DNA of 64,000 bases from Candidatus Hodarchaeota archaeon (GCA_016840035.1 JAEOTC010000031.1:1-64000); one strand, 5' to 3'; counted from the stretch's first letter, positions 19,948 to 30,962 are shown. Program-made: numbers and translations. Notes: generated by a model not told the origin, from the sequence alone.

Positions 19948-21147
19948 ATGCCAAGCTCAAAAGACTTTATTGAACTAGATGAACATTATGGTGCTCATAA
20001 TTATCACCCCATACCTGTTGTAATTACCGAAGCCAAAGGGGTGTGGGTTTTTGATCCTGAAGGAAAAAAATATCTTGATTGTCTTTCAGCCTATTCTGCG
20101 GTTAATCAGGGGCATCTCCATCCGAAAATTGTTAAAGCTATTGAAGAACAGATGACTCGCGTTGCATTAACCTCTAGAGCCTTTCATAACGATCGTATGG
20201 GCCTTTTTCTGAAGCATTTACTTGAAATATGCGGAGAAGGATTTGATATGGCCTTACCCATGAATACAGGAGCAGAAGCAGTTGAAACCGCGTTAAAAAT
20301 GACACGTAAATGGGGTTATGATGTAAAGGGTATTGAAGAAGATAAAGCTGAAATTATCGTTTGTGAAAATAACTTCCATGGCCGAACTACAACTATAGTT
20401 GGCTTTTCTACAGATCCTGATGCAAACACAGGATTTGGTCCATTTACACCTGGATTCAAAATTATACCATATAATGATATAGAAGCACTAGAAAAAGCAA
20501 TCACTCCAAATACTGTTGGATTTATGGTTGAACCGATTCAAGGAGAAGCAGGAGTAATCGTTCCCAAAGAAGGGTACTTACAGAAAGTTCGGGAAATTTG
20601 TACAAAAAATAATATTCTGATGATCTTAGATGAGATACAAACTGGTTTCTGTCGTACTGGAAAGATGTTTTGTCACCAGCATGAAGGTATAATCCCCGAT
20701 GTAATGACTCTAGGTAAAGCATTGGGAGGAGGTTTACTTCCTGTTTCCGCAGTTGTCAGTAGAAAGGAAATTATGAAAGTTTTCACTCCTGGTTCACATG
20801 GTTCTACTTTCGGTGGCTTTCCATTAGCTTGCGCGGCAGGAGATGCAGCCCTTGATGTTCTTGTTGAAGAAAAACTTGATGAAAGGGCTAGAGACTTGGG
20901 AAACCTCTTCCTAAATAAATTAAAAGAGATCGATCATCCACGTATTAAAGAAGTGCGAGGGAAAGGGCTTCTAACAGCAATTGAACTAAATGAAAAAGCA
21001 AGACCTTTTACACAACAATTAATTGACAAAGGAATTTTAGCCAAGGAAACACATGATTATGCCATAAGATTTGCTCCACCTCTAGTAATCAAGGAAAAAG
21101 AAATTTTGTGGGCAGTGAATATTATTAAGGAAATTCTTGAAAGCTGA
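19948..21147 (+). CDS. rocD: Ornithine--oxo-acid aminotransferase (class III PLP)
   Basis: GAHNYHP, LSAYSAVNQGH, MNTGAEAVE, NFHGRT, EPIQGEAG, DEIQTG, LGKALGGG, HGSTFGG. Confidence 0.95.
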   Translation: MPSSKDFIELDEHYGAHNYHPIPVVITEAKGVWVFDPEGKKYLDCLSAYSAVNQGHLHPKIVKAIEEQMTRVALTSRAFHNDRMGLFLKHLLEICGEGFDMALPMNTGAEAVETALKMTRKWGYDVKGIEEDKAEIIVCENNFHGRTTTIVGFSTDPDANTGFGPFTPGFKIIPYNDIEALEKAITPNTVGFMVEPIQGEAGVIVPKEGYLQKVREICTKNNILMILDEIQTGFCRTGKMFCHQHEGIIPDVMTLGKALGGGLLPVSAVVSRKEIMKVFTPGSHGSTFGGFPLACAAGDAALDVLVEEKLDERARDLGNLFLNKLKEIDHPRIKEVRGKGLLTAIELNEKARPFTQQLIDKGILAKETHDYAIRFAPPLVIKEKEILWAVNIIKEILES

Positions 21148-21238
21148 ATTACTTTGCTGGGGGGTTCTCACCTAAATCTTGAGCTTCGACGCAGTTCATT
21201 CTGCCTTTTTAATGGAATTTAAGGCTAGGAAATGAAAA

Positions 21239-21661
21239 ATGATGAATTTAAAAGTCAAAAAGATTTCGAAAATGGCGAAAATTCCTTCAAAACATAATAC
21301 AAATGATGCGGCATTTGATCTTTACGCAATTGAAGATTGTACGCTTCCTACAAATAGTACTGTTATTGTACACACTGGAATTTGCTTAGAAATTGAACCT
21401 GGGTTTTATGGAAAAATTGAAAGCCGGAGCTCTCTTGCCAAAAAAGGGATTTTCTGCACTGCTGGAATTATTGATTCAGGCTATCGAGGAGAAGTAATGA
21501 TTGTAATGAATAATCATGGAAAAGAGCATCACTTCATCCAAAATGGACATCGTATTGCTCAATTGATCATTCACAAAGTAGAGGAGGTTCGAATCATTGA
21601 ATCTGAAACTCTTGATAATCAATCAGACAGAGGTGGAGGGTTTGGAAGTAGTGGGGAATAA
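21239..21661 (+). CDS. dut: Trimeric dUTP diphosphatase
   Basis: AAFDL, RSSLA, GIIDSGYRGE, RIAQLI, RGGGFGSSG (motifs 1-5). Confidence 0.95.
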   Translation: MMNLKVKKISKMAKIPSKHNTNDAAFDLYAIEDCTLPTNSTVIVHTGICLEIEPGFYGKIESRSSLAKKGIFCTAGIIDSGYRGEVMIVMNNHGKEHHFIQNGHRIAQLIIHKVEEVRIIESETLDNQSDRGGGFGSSGE

Positions 21662-21690
21662 CTAAAAAGCTCTGTACTAACTTCCCATTA

Positions 21691-21996
21691 TTAAACGGAA
21701 ACGATACGAAATTTCTGAGGATTTATTCGCTCAGAGTGGCATTCAGGACATTTATGAGGATCGCTAATCCGTCCTCTGCCAGGAAACACATAATTACAAG
21801 CTATGCATGATGCTGGATTCACTTCAATTCTCTTATTGTCGTATTTAATTGTTTTTCGAACAGAATCTAAATCCATAGCCACAGTTTTAACTGAAGCTTT
21901 AGTATGATCAGATAATTCTAGTATAGTCATCTTCTCATTCTTTGATAATAATTCAACTATTAATTCTCTTCGTGTTTTCATTTTCAGTAACTCCAC
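21691..21996 (-). CDS. Archaeal HTH plus Zn-ribbon transcriptional regulator (COG3357-like)
   Basis: TRRELIVELL HTH followed by PASCIACNYVF and CPECHSERI. Confidence 0.8.
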   Translation of the reverse strand: MELLKMKTRRELIVELLSKNEKMTILELSDHTKASVKTVAMDLDSVRKTIKYDNKRIEVNPASCIACNYVFPGRGRISDPHKCPECHSERINPQKFRIVSV

Positions 21997-22180
21997 GCAT
22001 TTTAAGTTGGATATTACAGATATTATGAATATCCTATTTCGAAATAAGTCAAGTTCCGCAAGAATAATATTAATTTAATAATAATGCATAAGGAATATTA
22101 TTGTGATTTAATTATCACCAACATTAATTAAATAATCCTAGGAAGATGATTTGGAACTATATATCATAAGGTGAATTCTC

Positions 22181-23551
22181 ATGCTAGAATCGATAATTAC
22201 GATAGGAGTCGTCCTCATTATTGTTTATTTCATAGTGTATGCATTATATTCCCAGAATATTAAAGCGGAGAGTGATTTTGCAAAAGATGTCTATTTTTTT
22301 CTAATACGTAGATATCCCACAACGAAAATTATCGATCAAGGAGGATTATCTTCAGATCCTATAATAGAAGCTTCTAATGCCGGTCCATTTAAATCTCTTG
22401 AAATAAAAGTGATCACAAACAAAACAGGGGGAACCACTGATCGCGATCTCATACTAAGAGGGGTTATTGATAAAACTAAATTTAGTCAGTCAAGCAATGA
22501 ACGATTAAACCTGCTAATATCACCTGAGATCACATGGAGTGATTCATCATCAAGGGTAAAACTCGGAGACTCCCGATTCGACCAGCGATTTAAAATTAGT
22601 GCTGATAACTCTATCTTTGTCCACGATTTATTTCGAGAAAAAGAGCTAAGAGAGATGCTAAGAAACAATTACGATTTAGAAGCATTCAGTTTATACTGGT
22701 ATCAGGACGGTACAACAGTTATTCAGGTTAGAATGGAATCAATGACATCGAACAGCTTCTTAAACGCTTATAACATGGTTTTAGCAACAGTGGGTATCCT
22801 AAATCAAAGAGGATACTTAATTAAACCTGGTAAAATTCCTGAAGAACCCGGTACTCAATTGTGGTCAGCTAAAACACCTTCTATTCATGCAACAGATTAT
22901 TCAGAAGAAAAATATGTCCAAAAGTACCAACCTGAGGATACAACTTACCAAGTACAGGAATTACCAAAAATTAAACTTCACCCCCAACGAGACCAACGCA
23001 GATTAGATGAGAAACAAGGGATAAAACATTACGAAGAAGTTGACAAGAAAATTGATAGAATAGCAAATTCTACAGAAGTAAAGACTATTTCTGAGGATTT
23101 AATTTCCTTATTTACCTCAATTCGTTATCAAGTTAAGAATATTACATATTCTGACCACTCAGTTCAGTTAGAAACTTTCTCATCCCAATTAGAGGTTGTA
23201 AATGTTACATTTCCCTCGGTAGATCAGATTCTACTCTCAGGTGTGTCTATTCAAATCCCTCAAAATGACTTTTCGCTCCATATAACCAATACTCATGAGT
23301 CTCGTTCACCATCTTGGGAAAATCCATGGAAGGAAATTGATATAAAAGGAAATGAGTTTATTGTTAAACAGCTTAAACATCGTACCGCAATAGCAAACCG
23401 AATAAAGGAACTAGGAACGATGAAAATTGATATTACAGGATCTAAAAATGGTATTAAATACGATATTCTGGGATTAAAATCAAAAGAAGGAATTACCATT
23501 GGTTATTCTTTACTTCTAGATTTAGTATGGTTTTTTGAGATGATAGAATAA
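22181..23551 (+). CDS. Single-pass membrane-anchored protein with two related soluble domains
   Basis: N-terminal TM helix; two similar alpha/beta units separated by a Pro/Gln-rich linker. Confidence 0.6.
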   Translation: MLESIITIGVVLIIVYFIVYALYSQNIKAESDFAKDVYFFLIRRYPTTKIIDQGGLSSDPIIEASNAGPFKSLEIKVITNKTGGTTDRDLILRGVIDKTKFSQSSNERLNLLISPEITWSDSSSRVKLGDSRFDQRFKISADNSIFVHDLFREKELREMLRNNYDLEAFSLYWYQDGTTVIQVRMESMTSNSFLNAYNMVLATVGILNQRGYLIKPGKIPEEPGTQLWSAKTPSIHATDYSEEKYVQKYQPEDTTYQVQELPKIKLHPQRDQRRLDEKQGIKHYEEVDKKIDRIANSTEVKTISEDLISLFTSIRYQVKNITYSDHSVQLETFSSQLEVVNVTFPSVDQILLSGVSIQIPQNDFSLHITNTHESRSPSWENPWKEIDIKGNEFIVKQLKHRTAIANRIKELGTMKIDITGSKNGIKYDILGLKSKEGITIGYSLLLDLVWFFEMIE

Positions 23552-23619
23552 AATTATACAGAACCCGATTTCCACTTAGATAATATTTTTCAGTCGAAGA
23601 GCTAGCTTTTTGGTTTACT

Positions 23620-24948
23620 ATGTATTCCGATGAAAAAACAGTCTCATCCTCTCTTGACTGGACAAAAACCTTCCTGATTGGCTTAGGGTTCTTTACCACA
23701 GGAATTTCGTGGGCACTTTATAATAGCTATGTACCCTTATGGTTAAACGAGCTTATCCCTGATCGGTTTATCGTAGGTATCATTATGGGATTAGATAATC
23801 TAGCAATGATATTTATGGAACCTGTAGTGGGATCAATTTCAGATAAAACACAAACAAGATGGGGGAGAAGAATTCCATTCTTGATGATTGGAATACCTGT
23901 TTCTGCAGGATTTTTCATACTCCTACCGATGTTTCGCGGAACGCTTCTTATTTTAATGGCAGTGGTTTTTGGTTTCTTATTGATGATGGCTTTTTATCGG
24001 GCACCAGTGGTTGCATTAATGCCTGATATTATCCCATCAAAAAATAGATCGAAAGCCAATGGAGTTATCAATCTGATGGGAGGCTTAGGTGCTGTATATG
24101 CTTTTCTTTTCGGATCTATGTTATATTCCATTGACCCCTTATTTGCTTTCGGGAGTACATCAATTATTATGATAGTTGCACTAGTCTTGCTATTTTTGTT
24201 CGTCAAAGAACCAATAGTCACAGATTCAGAAACTGTTATTCCCGAATCAACTAAAGAAGAAATTTCTGTACTTAGTAGCTTGAGAGAAGTCTTTACAGAT
24301 AGTGACAAATCAGGTTTATTTGTCCTATTCGCAATTTTCTTCTGGTTTGTTGGTTATAATGCTCTTGAAACTTGGTTAACTTCTTGGGCCACATCCACAT
24401 TACCACACGTTATGGATATTGCTGCTCCTGCTACAGAAGAAGCAATAGACGATGCACAGGCAGCAGCAGGGTTTATATTAACAGTGTATGCTCTAGTGTT
24501 TGTTATCTTCGCTATACCTGCTGGGATTATAGGTCAGCGAATCGGAAGAGCGAAAACAATCCGAATTGGTTTACCAATTGCAATCGTGTTCATCTTCATC
24601 GTATACTTGGTCGGTCAATTCAACATTTTATCAATGGGTAGTTCTGCCCAATACTATTCGATGATAATCATTCTGGGTTGTGCTGCTTTTGGATGGGCTT
24701 TAGTTAATATCAACTCAATAGTCATAGTTTGGGAAATAGCAACTGATGTCAAGTTAGGATCCTATACAGGATTATATTACCTATTTAGTAGCTCAGCGGC
24801 CGTACTGGGTCCAGGAGCTGTAGGATTAATTTTTGATGTGTTTTCTGAAGGTTCTTTTGAGTTATTATTCCCAGTTAGTATATTCTGTCTCTTGATAGCG
24901 TTTGTATTGATGTTTGGAGTAAAATCTGGAGAAACAAAAACTTCCTAG
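23620..24948 (+). CDS. MFS transporter (glycoside/SLC45-like)
   Basis: About 12 TM; GSISDKTQTRWGRRIPF motif A; RSKANGVINLMGG. Confidence 0.88.
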   Translation: MYSDEKTVSSSLDWTKTFLIGLGFFTTGISWALYNSYVPLWLNELIPDRFIVGIIMGLDNLAMIFMEPVVGSISDKTQTRWGRRIPFLMIGIPVSAGFFILLPMFRGTLLILMAVVFGFLLMMAFYRAPVVALMPDIIPSKNRSKANGVINLMGGLGAVYAFLFGSMLYSIDPLFAFGSTSIIMIVALVLLFLFVKEPIVTDSETVIPESTKEEISVLSSLREVFTDSDKSGLFVLFAIFFWFVGYNALETWLTSWATSTLPHVMDIAAPATEEAIDDAQAAAGFILTVYALVFVIFAIPAGIIGQRIGRAKTIRIGLPIAIVFIFIVYLVGQFNILSMGSSAQYYSMIIILGCAAFGWALVNINSIVIVWEIATDVKLGSYTGLYYLFSSSAAVLGPGAVGLIFDVFSEGSFELLFPVSIFCLLIAFVLMFGVKSGETKTS

Positions 24949-24983
24949 AGGGTTGTTAATCAACCCTCATATTTTCCTTCTAG

Positions 24984-25970
24984 TTAGATTTCTACGAGTG
25001 TACCGATATTATCAGCTTTAGCAGTATCATACACTAATTTCGCTGTAGCAGCATCTTGGATTGCCAATCCTACTGATTTAAATAGAGTAATTTCCTGATC
25101 ACTTTCTCGTCCAGCCTTTTTACCAGTAATAATCTCACTAAGTTCTCCGTATATTTGTTCCTTGGTAAAAACTCCTTCAGTTATAGGGATAATAATATCT
25201 CCCGCCTCTGCAAGACATGCACTAACTTGATCGCATACCACTTTGGAACGTAGAACTGTATCGCTATCTAATTCGCGTGTACCGGGGTTATGAGATCCAA
25301 TCCCAGAAATATGGGTACCTGGTTGGATCCATTTACCATGAAAGATTGGAAGTGGTGACGTTGTTGCAGTTAGTACAATTTCGGAAGTTTTAATGACTTC
25401 TTCTGCTGATTCCGCAACTTCTATTGGAATCTTCAGTTTTTCGGTCATACTCTTAGCAAATTTCTCTGCCACCTCCTTTCGGACATCAAACACCTTTCCA
25501 GATTTTAAAGAAGGACGTGCAACACAGGCTGCCCAAAGTTGAGTCATTCCTTGAACACCTGTACCAAATAGACCGACTGTTTTTGCATCTTCTTTTGCTA
25601 AATATTCAATAGCACAACCTGATACAGCTCCTGTTCGCATAGCTGTTAAATACCCTCCATCCATAATACAGATTACATCTCCTGTTTCAATATCTTGCAG
25701 TAACACCTTTCCCAAGGTAGTAGGGAGACCATAATCTTTAGGATTGTTTTTAAAAACAGTTACAACTTTAACTGCTAGGGATTTTGACTGTGGGAGAAAA
25801 GCAGGCATGTAAAGACTAAGGCCCTTCTTATTCGAGATTACAATCCGTTGTGGAAGAATTGCAGTCCCATCTGAAAGCTGACTGAATGCAGTTTTCATAG
25901 CTTTAATCGTATCTTTCATATCTAAAACAGTTTCAACCTGTTTTCTATTCAGCAACAAGACATTACTCAT
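24984..25970 (-). CDS. Ornithine cyclodeaminase / alanine dehydrogenase (mu-crystallin) family protein
   Basis: LTAMRTGA, GTGVQG, GTHISGIGS, EAGD, FKSVGLAIQD. Confidence 0.9.
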   Translation of the reverse strand: MSNVLLLNRKQVETVLDMKDTIKAMKTAFSQLSDGTAILPQRIVISNKKGLSLYMPAFLPQSKSLAVKVVTVFKNNPKDYGLPTTLGKVLLQDIETGDVICIMDGGYLTAMRTGAVSGCAIEYLAKEDAKTVGLFGTGVQGMTQLWAACVARPSLKSGKVFDVRKEVAEKFAKSMTEKLKIPIEVAESAEEVIKTSEIVLTATTSPLPIFHGKWIQPGTHISGIGSHNPGTRELDSDTVLRSKVVCDQVSACLAEAGDIIIPITEGVFTKEQIYGELSEIITGKKAGRESDQEITLFKSVGLAIQDAATAKLVYDTAKADNIGTLVEI

Positions 25971-26252
25971 TTTCCTATCTCACTTTTTTTTTCCTTAGAT
26001 GAATTTCAATTATCAAATATGTATGCTTAAGCAGCCCCGTTTCTTAAGAAAATCTTTTCAAAGTTCCATTAGTCAAATCTAAAAATTCAAATACTGTCAT
26101 TATATGTGCGTACATACGTCGTCAAATTAGTAAGAAAACGCTTAAACGTTAAATCAACAATTCTGATTCACTGGATATTCGGAGAATATTACTAGAAAGA
26201 CATAATAAGTTTTATTCTTCATTTTAACCATTGATAGTAGGAAGAGTGATCA

Positions 26253-26876
26253 GTGACCGTTTTAAAAATCGTACTTATTGGAGATGGAGGAGTAGGAAAG
26301 ACAGCTATTCGTGAGCGGTACCTAGGGAAGGGATTTAAATCGCAATACCTCCTCACAATTGGTGCAGATTTTGCTATGAGAGACGACATAGTCAATGGAG
26401 TGGATATCCGATACCAAATCTGGGACTTGGCGGGGCAACAAAGATTTGATGCCGTTAGAGAGGTATACTACAAAGGTTGTGTCGGTGCTCTCCTTGTATA
26501 TGATGTTACACGTCCTGATTCATATTTTAATACTCCTAAGTGGATTAATGAACTATGGGCAAACAATGGAAGAGGCCGTGTACCTATTGTCGTTGTTGCA
26601 AACAAAATTGACATGAGAGAATTATCTGATGATACAGTCTCTCCAGAACAGGGTCGTGTATTTACTAATCGATTATCCAATCTCACTAAAGCGGAGGGGT
26701 TCGAATGTCACTACATAGAAACTTCAGCGAAAACAGGCATTAATATCCAGAATGCATTTGGCCTCCTTGGGACTAATGTCATGAGATTCGTGGAAAATCA
26801 GAGAAAAACTAGTCGTACAACAAGTCGACTGAAAGCTACTCCCCAAAGAACAGTTCCTGAACAGAGACAAACCTAA
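26253..26876 (+). CDS. Rab-like small GTPase
   Basis: G1 GDGGVGKT, G2 TIGADF, G3 WDLAGQ, G4 NKID, G5 ETSAK. Confidence 0.92.
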   Translation: MTVLKIVLIGDGGVGKTAIRERYLGKGFKSQYLLTIGADFAMRDDIVNGVDIRYQIWDLAGQQRFDAVREVYYKGCVGALLVYDVTRPDSYFNTPKWINELWANNGRGRVPIVVVANKIDMRELSDDTVSPEQGRVFTNRLSNLTKAEGFECHYIETSAKTGINIQNAFGLLGTNVMRFVENQRKTSRTTSRLKATPQRTVPEQRQT

Positions 26877-26900
26877 GTCTCAAAATATCTTTTTCTTTTA

Positions 26901-27617
26901 TTAAAAAAGGGAGCGAAAGTAAACCAGTATATGCTTCATACCTATTTTCGATTCTCCGGCCGATCGAGTTTGAAATTCATAATAAAACTCTCCTATCCTA
27001 GTATCTTTAGGTAAGACCTTTAAGACATCAAATAACAGTTTATAACCACGAGGGGAGACAGTTTTTGGGTGATCGCTTATGAGGGAACCCACATATTCAG
27101 TTTCTCCACCAAAAAATCCACTCATTATATCCTTAGGCCTTTTTCTTCTTCGTAAGAACAAACTGATTTTTCCCAGAGTTGTTGCACCCCAAGAAATAAC
27201 TTTTCGTTTAAAACTCCATCCCTCAACACTTGAACGAGTACCGATTACTAATTGATTACCTTCGCCAAAGAGTTTTATCCCTTCACCGATTTTCTCGGGA
27301 GGATGTTGAAAATCTGAGTCAATCACGAGAAAATAACGAGTTTCTGTAATCTCTAATGCATCAATTAAGGAAATAGTCAATCCTTTAACTTCTGCTTCCG
27401 AGCGATCAAGTAATCGAATTCGTTGATTTTCAGCATGAAACTTTGTTACAATCTCTCCTGTTTTATCCTTAGAGCCATCATCAGCTACTACTACTGATAT
27501 ATCGGGATATAAACTTGTTAATCTAGAAATCATGTTTTTAATGTTTTTTTCTTCGTTCAAAGTCGGAATAATAATCGTTGTCTCGCTTTCAGGATTCAGA
27601 TCACTCACCTCGATCAC
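26901..27617 (-). CDS. GT2 glycosyltransferase, dolichol-phosphate mannose synthase-like
   Basis: IIPTLNE, DDGSKD, IDSDFQHPPE, DIMSGFF, RSAGESK. Confidence 0.88.
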   Translation of the reverse strand: MIEVSDLNPESETTIIIPTLNEEKNIKNMISRLTSLYPDISVVVADDGSKDKTGEIVTKFHAENQRIRLLDRSEAEVKGLTISLIDALEITETRYFLVIDSDFQHPPEKIGEGIKLFGEGNQLVIGTRSSVEGWSFKRKVISWGATTLGKISLFLRRRKRPKDIMSGFFGGETEYVGSLISDHPKTVSPRGYKLLFDVLKVLPKDTRIGEFYYEFQTRSAGESKIGMKHILVYFRSLF

Positions 27618-27715
27618 AAATTGATATCGAGCTTTTTGAGCTTTTTACTCTTCTTGAATATCGATTATTTTAAGAGTCTTCACAGATATGAATCTTACAA
27701 GTAAAATCTATACTT

Positions 27716-28150
27716 GTGATTCAAGTGAGCTTACGTGATCTACTCAACAAATTCGCTGTAGGATTTTCTGTTGCGGGGATATTTATTCAAACTCCGCAAG
27801 AACTATTCCCCATTGTTCAGGAAAACCCAAATTTTTACCTGGCGATCAAAAGAATTCCAATTCTTGAGGAGGGAACAATAGAGGTAAAAATAGGGGATAA
27901 AAAATATGGGCTCCTTGTAAATATATTAAATGAGCAGATGAAGATATTAATCGTCTCAAATATCAAAAATACACAAGAGATTGAATCACATTGGAAACGG
28001 TTTGCTCCAGTAATTCGTGAAAAAGTGCAAATTAACGATTTTATTCTACAAGAGAGTATTGAAACACGATTATTTAATCGTCTTGAAGATATAAGGATAT
28101 CATTTGAAGATTCAATATTCAATTTTAAGGAGAAAACTAAAATTGGCTGA
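27716..28150 (+). CDS. Hypothetical protein, possibly profilin/longin-like fold
   Basis: 144-aa alpha/beta ORF overlapping the next start; fold guess from pattern only. Confidence 0.55.
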   Translation: MIQVSLRDLLNKFAVGFSVAGIFIQTPQELFPIVQENPNFYLAIKRIPILEEGTIEVKIGDKKYGLLVNILNEQMKILIVSNIKNTQEIESHWKRFAPVIREKVQINDFILQESIETRLFNRLEDIRISFEDSIFNFKEKTKIG

Positions 28151-29366
28151 TCCACAACATTCAAATTCGAATCCTGAGTACATTGAATTAGCTCAAAGAC
28201 TTTTAGAGCTTACCACATTTCTGCAAAAGAATTCAGAAGCAATTGAGGACTTAAAGAAAGAAATGGGAGAGATGAAATCAAAAACCCAAGATCTCGATCT
28301 GGAGCTTGGTAATAAATTCAATGAGTTTAGAGATAGTCTTAATTCCGATATGAAACAGATAAATGATAAATTCGATTCACAAATTGCTGAGATTAAAGAA
28401 ACTCTGGAAACACAAAAAGAACTTCTAGCTTCCGAGGTCAAAACGGTAACTGAAGTTATTGAAACCCAAGAAAACCATTTTAATGATAAGTTTTCCTCAC
28501 AGAAACAGGTTGAGGAGAGATTACAGGCCTCCATCGATAATCATGAAGACAAGTTGGTAGAACTATCTGGTGGAATAAAAAACGGTATATCAGATATATC
28601 AGAACAGCTCAATGAACGTGAAACAACTCTTAAGTCTTCTATATCTGCCTTAGGAGAGCTAGTTCGAACTCAGAACGAAACAACAACAAAAACCTCAGAT
28701 AAGCTGGAAACAGATATCTCCTCACTTAATGAACTGACTCAAGCTCATACAGAGGCGTTTAACAATGTTCGGCAAAGTCTCCTTTCTTTCAAAGATAAAC
28801 TTCAAGAGATAATTACTCTATCAAAGAAAGATCAGCAGTCCCATTTTGAAAACTTCTCACGAATGCTGGAAAGCTTTAATGAAAATATAAGAACAGAAAT
28901 AACTCTTACGGCACAAAACCTTAAAGAATCCGATATTCAGATTCTCAATGAAGTAGCGGAACATTATACACGAAAAAAGGTTGGAGATGATCTTCAACAA
29001 GCTTTCACAAGCTTTAGTGACGAACTCCAACAACAAACTTCTCGTACACGGGAGGAGATTACTCAAAACCTTCAAAATTCACTAAATGAATATGAAACTA
29101 TAGTAGAATCTCAATCACAGAGTATTCAAACCTATAAGGAGGAGCTTGAACGAATCCAGAGCGAAATTCAGGCGATAATTGACCGAAAGGTGAATGAAAA
29201 ATACGAGGCAGTCTTCTCACTGCTTTCAACGGTAGCATTACACGCTGAAGAACTTTCTATGCTCATAAAAACTGCAGAAATTCATTTACCAAAAGAAATT
29301 TCATCATCTGTTGAAAATAAGGATACTCAAGGGACCAATACTGAAAATCAAGATGATGAGCATTGA
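28143..29366 (+). CDS. Long coiled-coil protein
   Basis: Nearly continuous E/K/Q/S-rich amphipathic helix, almost no Pro; TTG 28143 preceded by AGGAGA. Confidence 0.75.
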   Translation: MADPQHSNSNPEYIELAQRLLELTTFLQKNSEAIEDLKKEMGEMKSKTQDLDLELGNKFNEFRDSLNSDMKQINDKFDSQIAEIKETLETQKELLASEVKTVTEVIETQENHFNDKFSSQKQVEERLQASIDNHEDKLVELSGGIKNGISDISEQLNERETTLKSSISALGELVRTQNETTTKTSDKLETDISSLNELTQAHTEAFNNVRQSLLSFKDKLQEIITLSKKDQQSHFENFSRMLESFNENIRTEITLTAQNLKESDIQILNEVAEHYTRKKVGDDLQQAFTSFSDELQQQTSRTREEITQNLQNSLNEYETIVESQSQSIQTYKEELERIQSEIQAIIDRKVNEKYEAVFSLLSTVALHAEELSMLIKTAEIHLPKEISSSVENKDTQGTNTENQDDEH

Positions 29367-29531
29367 ATTAGTCTTTTATTTCAAAAAACTCGAACTTAAA
29401 TTAAATAATAATAGTAGAAGGCTAATTGATAAGCTTTAAATGAAATATTAGTAAACAAAATTATTGTAGAATAATAGTATAAAACTCATAATCAAATCAA
29501 AAAGAGTCTCTCTTCGGAATGGGAATTCTGG

Positions 29532-30056
29532 GTGTCACAGAACAAATCAGTAAAAGTGGTAATAGCAGGAGAAAAACGCGTAGGAAAATCCTCACTTGTA
29601 CATCGTTTTATACATGAGAAATTCCCATTAAAAGATCTTTATTCCACCGTAGGATTTGATTTCACGGTGAAAAGTATTACATTTGAAGATGGAGAGATTA
29701 TTGATGTCCTTCTTTTTGATTTCGGCGGAGAACCACGATTCCAGACGATATTTCCGCAGTATGCTTCTGATTGTGATGGGTTAATTTTAGCTTTTGATCC
29801 CTCCCGAGAACAGACATTTACTGCACTTCATGAATGGATAAAGGTATATGGTAGAGAAAGCGAAAGCATCAATTTCTTAGTCTCGACGAAATCTGACCTT
29901 GGAGTTACAATTTCACCCGTTGAAATAAACGAGTTTAGAAATCAATACAACATTGATGAATATTTTACAACGAGCGCCATCACAGGGAAAAACACCCAAG
30001 AACTCCTTCATAAGCTTGTATCACGAATTCTAGAACAGCAGAATGTAAAAGCATAA
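29532..30056 (+). CDS. Rab-like small GTPase, divergent
   Basis: GEKRVGKS, TVGFDF, DFGGE, TKSD, TSA. Confidence 0.85.
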   Translation: MSQNKSVKVVIAGEKRVGKSSLVHRFIHEKFPLKDLYSTVGFDFTVKSITFEDGEIIDVLLFDFGGEPRFQTIFPQYASDCDGLILAFDPSREQTFTALHEWIKVYGRESESINFLVSTKSDLGVTISPVEINEFRNQYNIDEYFTTSAITGKNTQELLHKLVSRILEQQNVKA

Positions 30057-30079
30057 TCATAATTCGGAATGATCAATCT

Positions 30080-30646
30080 ATGACTGATACTAAATTTCAG
30101 TTTACTCCCGATGTATTGACAGTAAAAGTCGTTGTTGCTGGTCCTGGAGGTGTGGGAAAAACTACTCTCCTTAAACGTCTTGAAACCAATAATTATATTC
30201 CCGCTATTAGCACTGTGGGAGTGAACTTTCTTGTCTTAGACCACGAAATCGGTGAAACTATTTTAAGAATTGCATACTGGGATTATGCAGGGGAAAATCG
30301 GTTTAAATCACTTTTTCCCGGCTATTGTCAAGGATCATCGGGAGGAATACTAGCATTCGATACATCACGGATTCAAACTCTGTCAGAAATACCAGAATGG
30401 CTCAATATGATGAAGGAACATAATGATCCAAACCTTCCAATCATTTTACTTGGAAATAAGATAGACACAGTCGAGGAAAATAAGAGAAAATTGATTGCAG
30501 AGGCAGCTGCAAAATTTGTCAGAGATTATGGTTTATCTGGTTACTACTTCTGCTCTGCAAAATCTGGTGAGGGATTAAGTTCCCCATTTCAACATTTAGG
30601 GATCTTACTTGTGGAGAGAGAGAAAAGAGGAAGTATGAAGAAATAA
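30080..30646 (+). CDS. Rab-like small GTPase
   Basis: GPGGVGKT, TVGVNF, WDYAGE, NKID, CSAK. Confidence 0.88.
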   Translation: MTDTKFQFTPDVLTVKVVVAGPGGVGKTTLLKRLETNNYIPAISTVGVNFLVLDHEIGETILRIAYWDYAGENRFKSLFPGYCQGSSGGILAFDTSRIQTLSEIPEWLNMMKEHNDPNLPIILLGNKIDTVEENKRKLIAEAAAKFVRDYGLSGYYFCSAKSGEGLSSPFQHLGILLVEREKRGSMKK

Positions 30647-30962
30647 GGATAGAGGTTTAATTTTTTATCAGACTAATACTAGTTCTGATCTGAAGATCTG
30701 TAAACTTATTTCCATTAGTATGAGTAACTTCTAGGGACACAAACCTATCGTTTTTGTTTTTATGAACATTTTCGAATTTCTTTCATTACAATCATTCTCC
30801 CTCCCACCATAGAACGAGGAATGGATTATTTGAATACCTTTTTAATAGACATTTCATCCAAAATCATTGAATAGAATGAAGTTTTATTAGGAAGGGCTTT
30901 AATTCAAGTAATCAATCTGCTAATATTGCACTTCTTTTAATCTCTTAATAGGGGCCCGACAT

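Noticed and set aside
22060-22105. AATAATATT/AATATTATT inverted repeat
   Set aside because: Pure A/T in a very AT-rich gap; expected by chance.
28143-29366. Second SMC, ESCRT-III or intermediate-filament protein
   Set aside because: No ATPase motifs or family-specific signature; only generic coiled coil.
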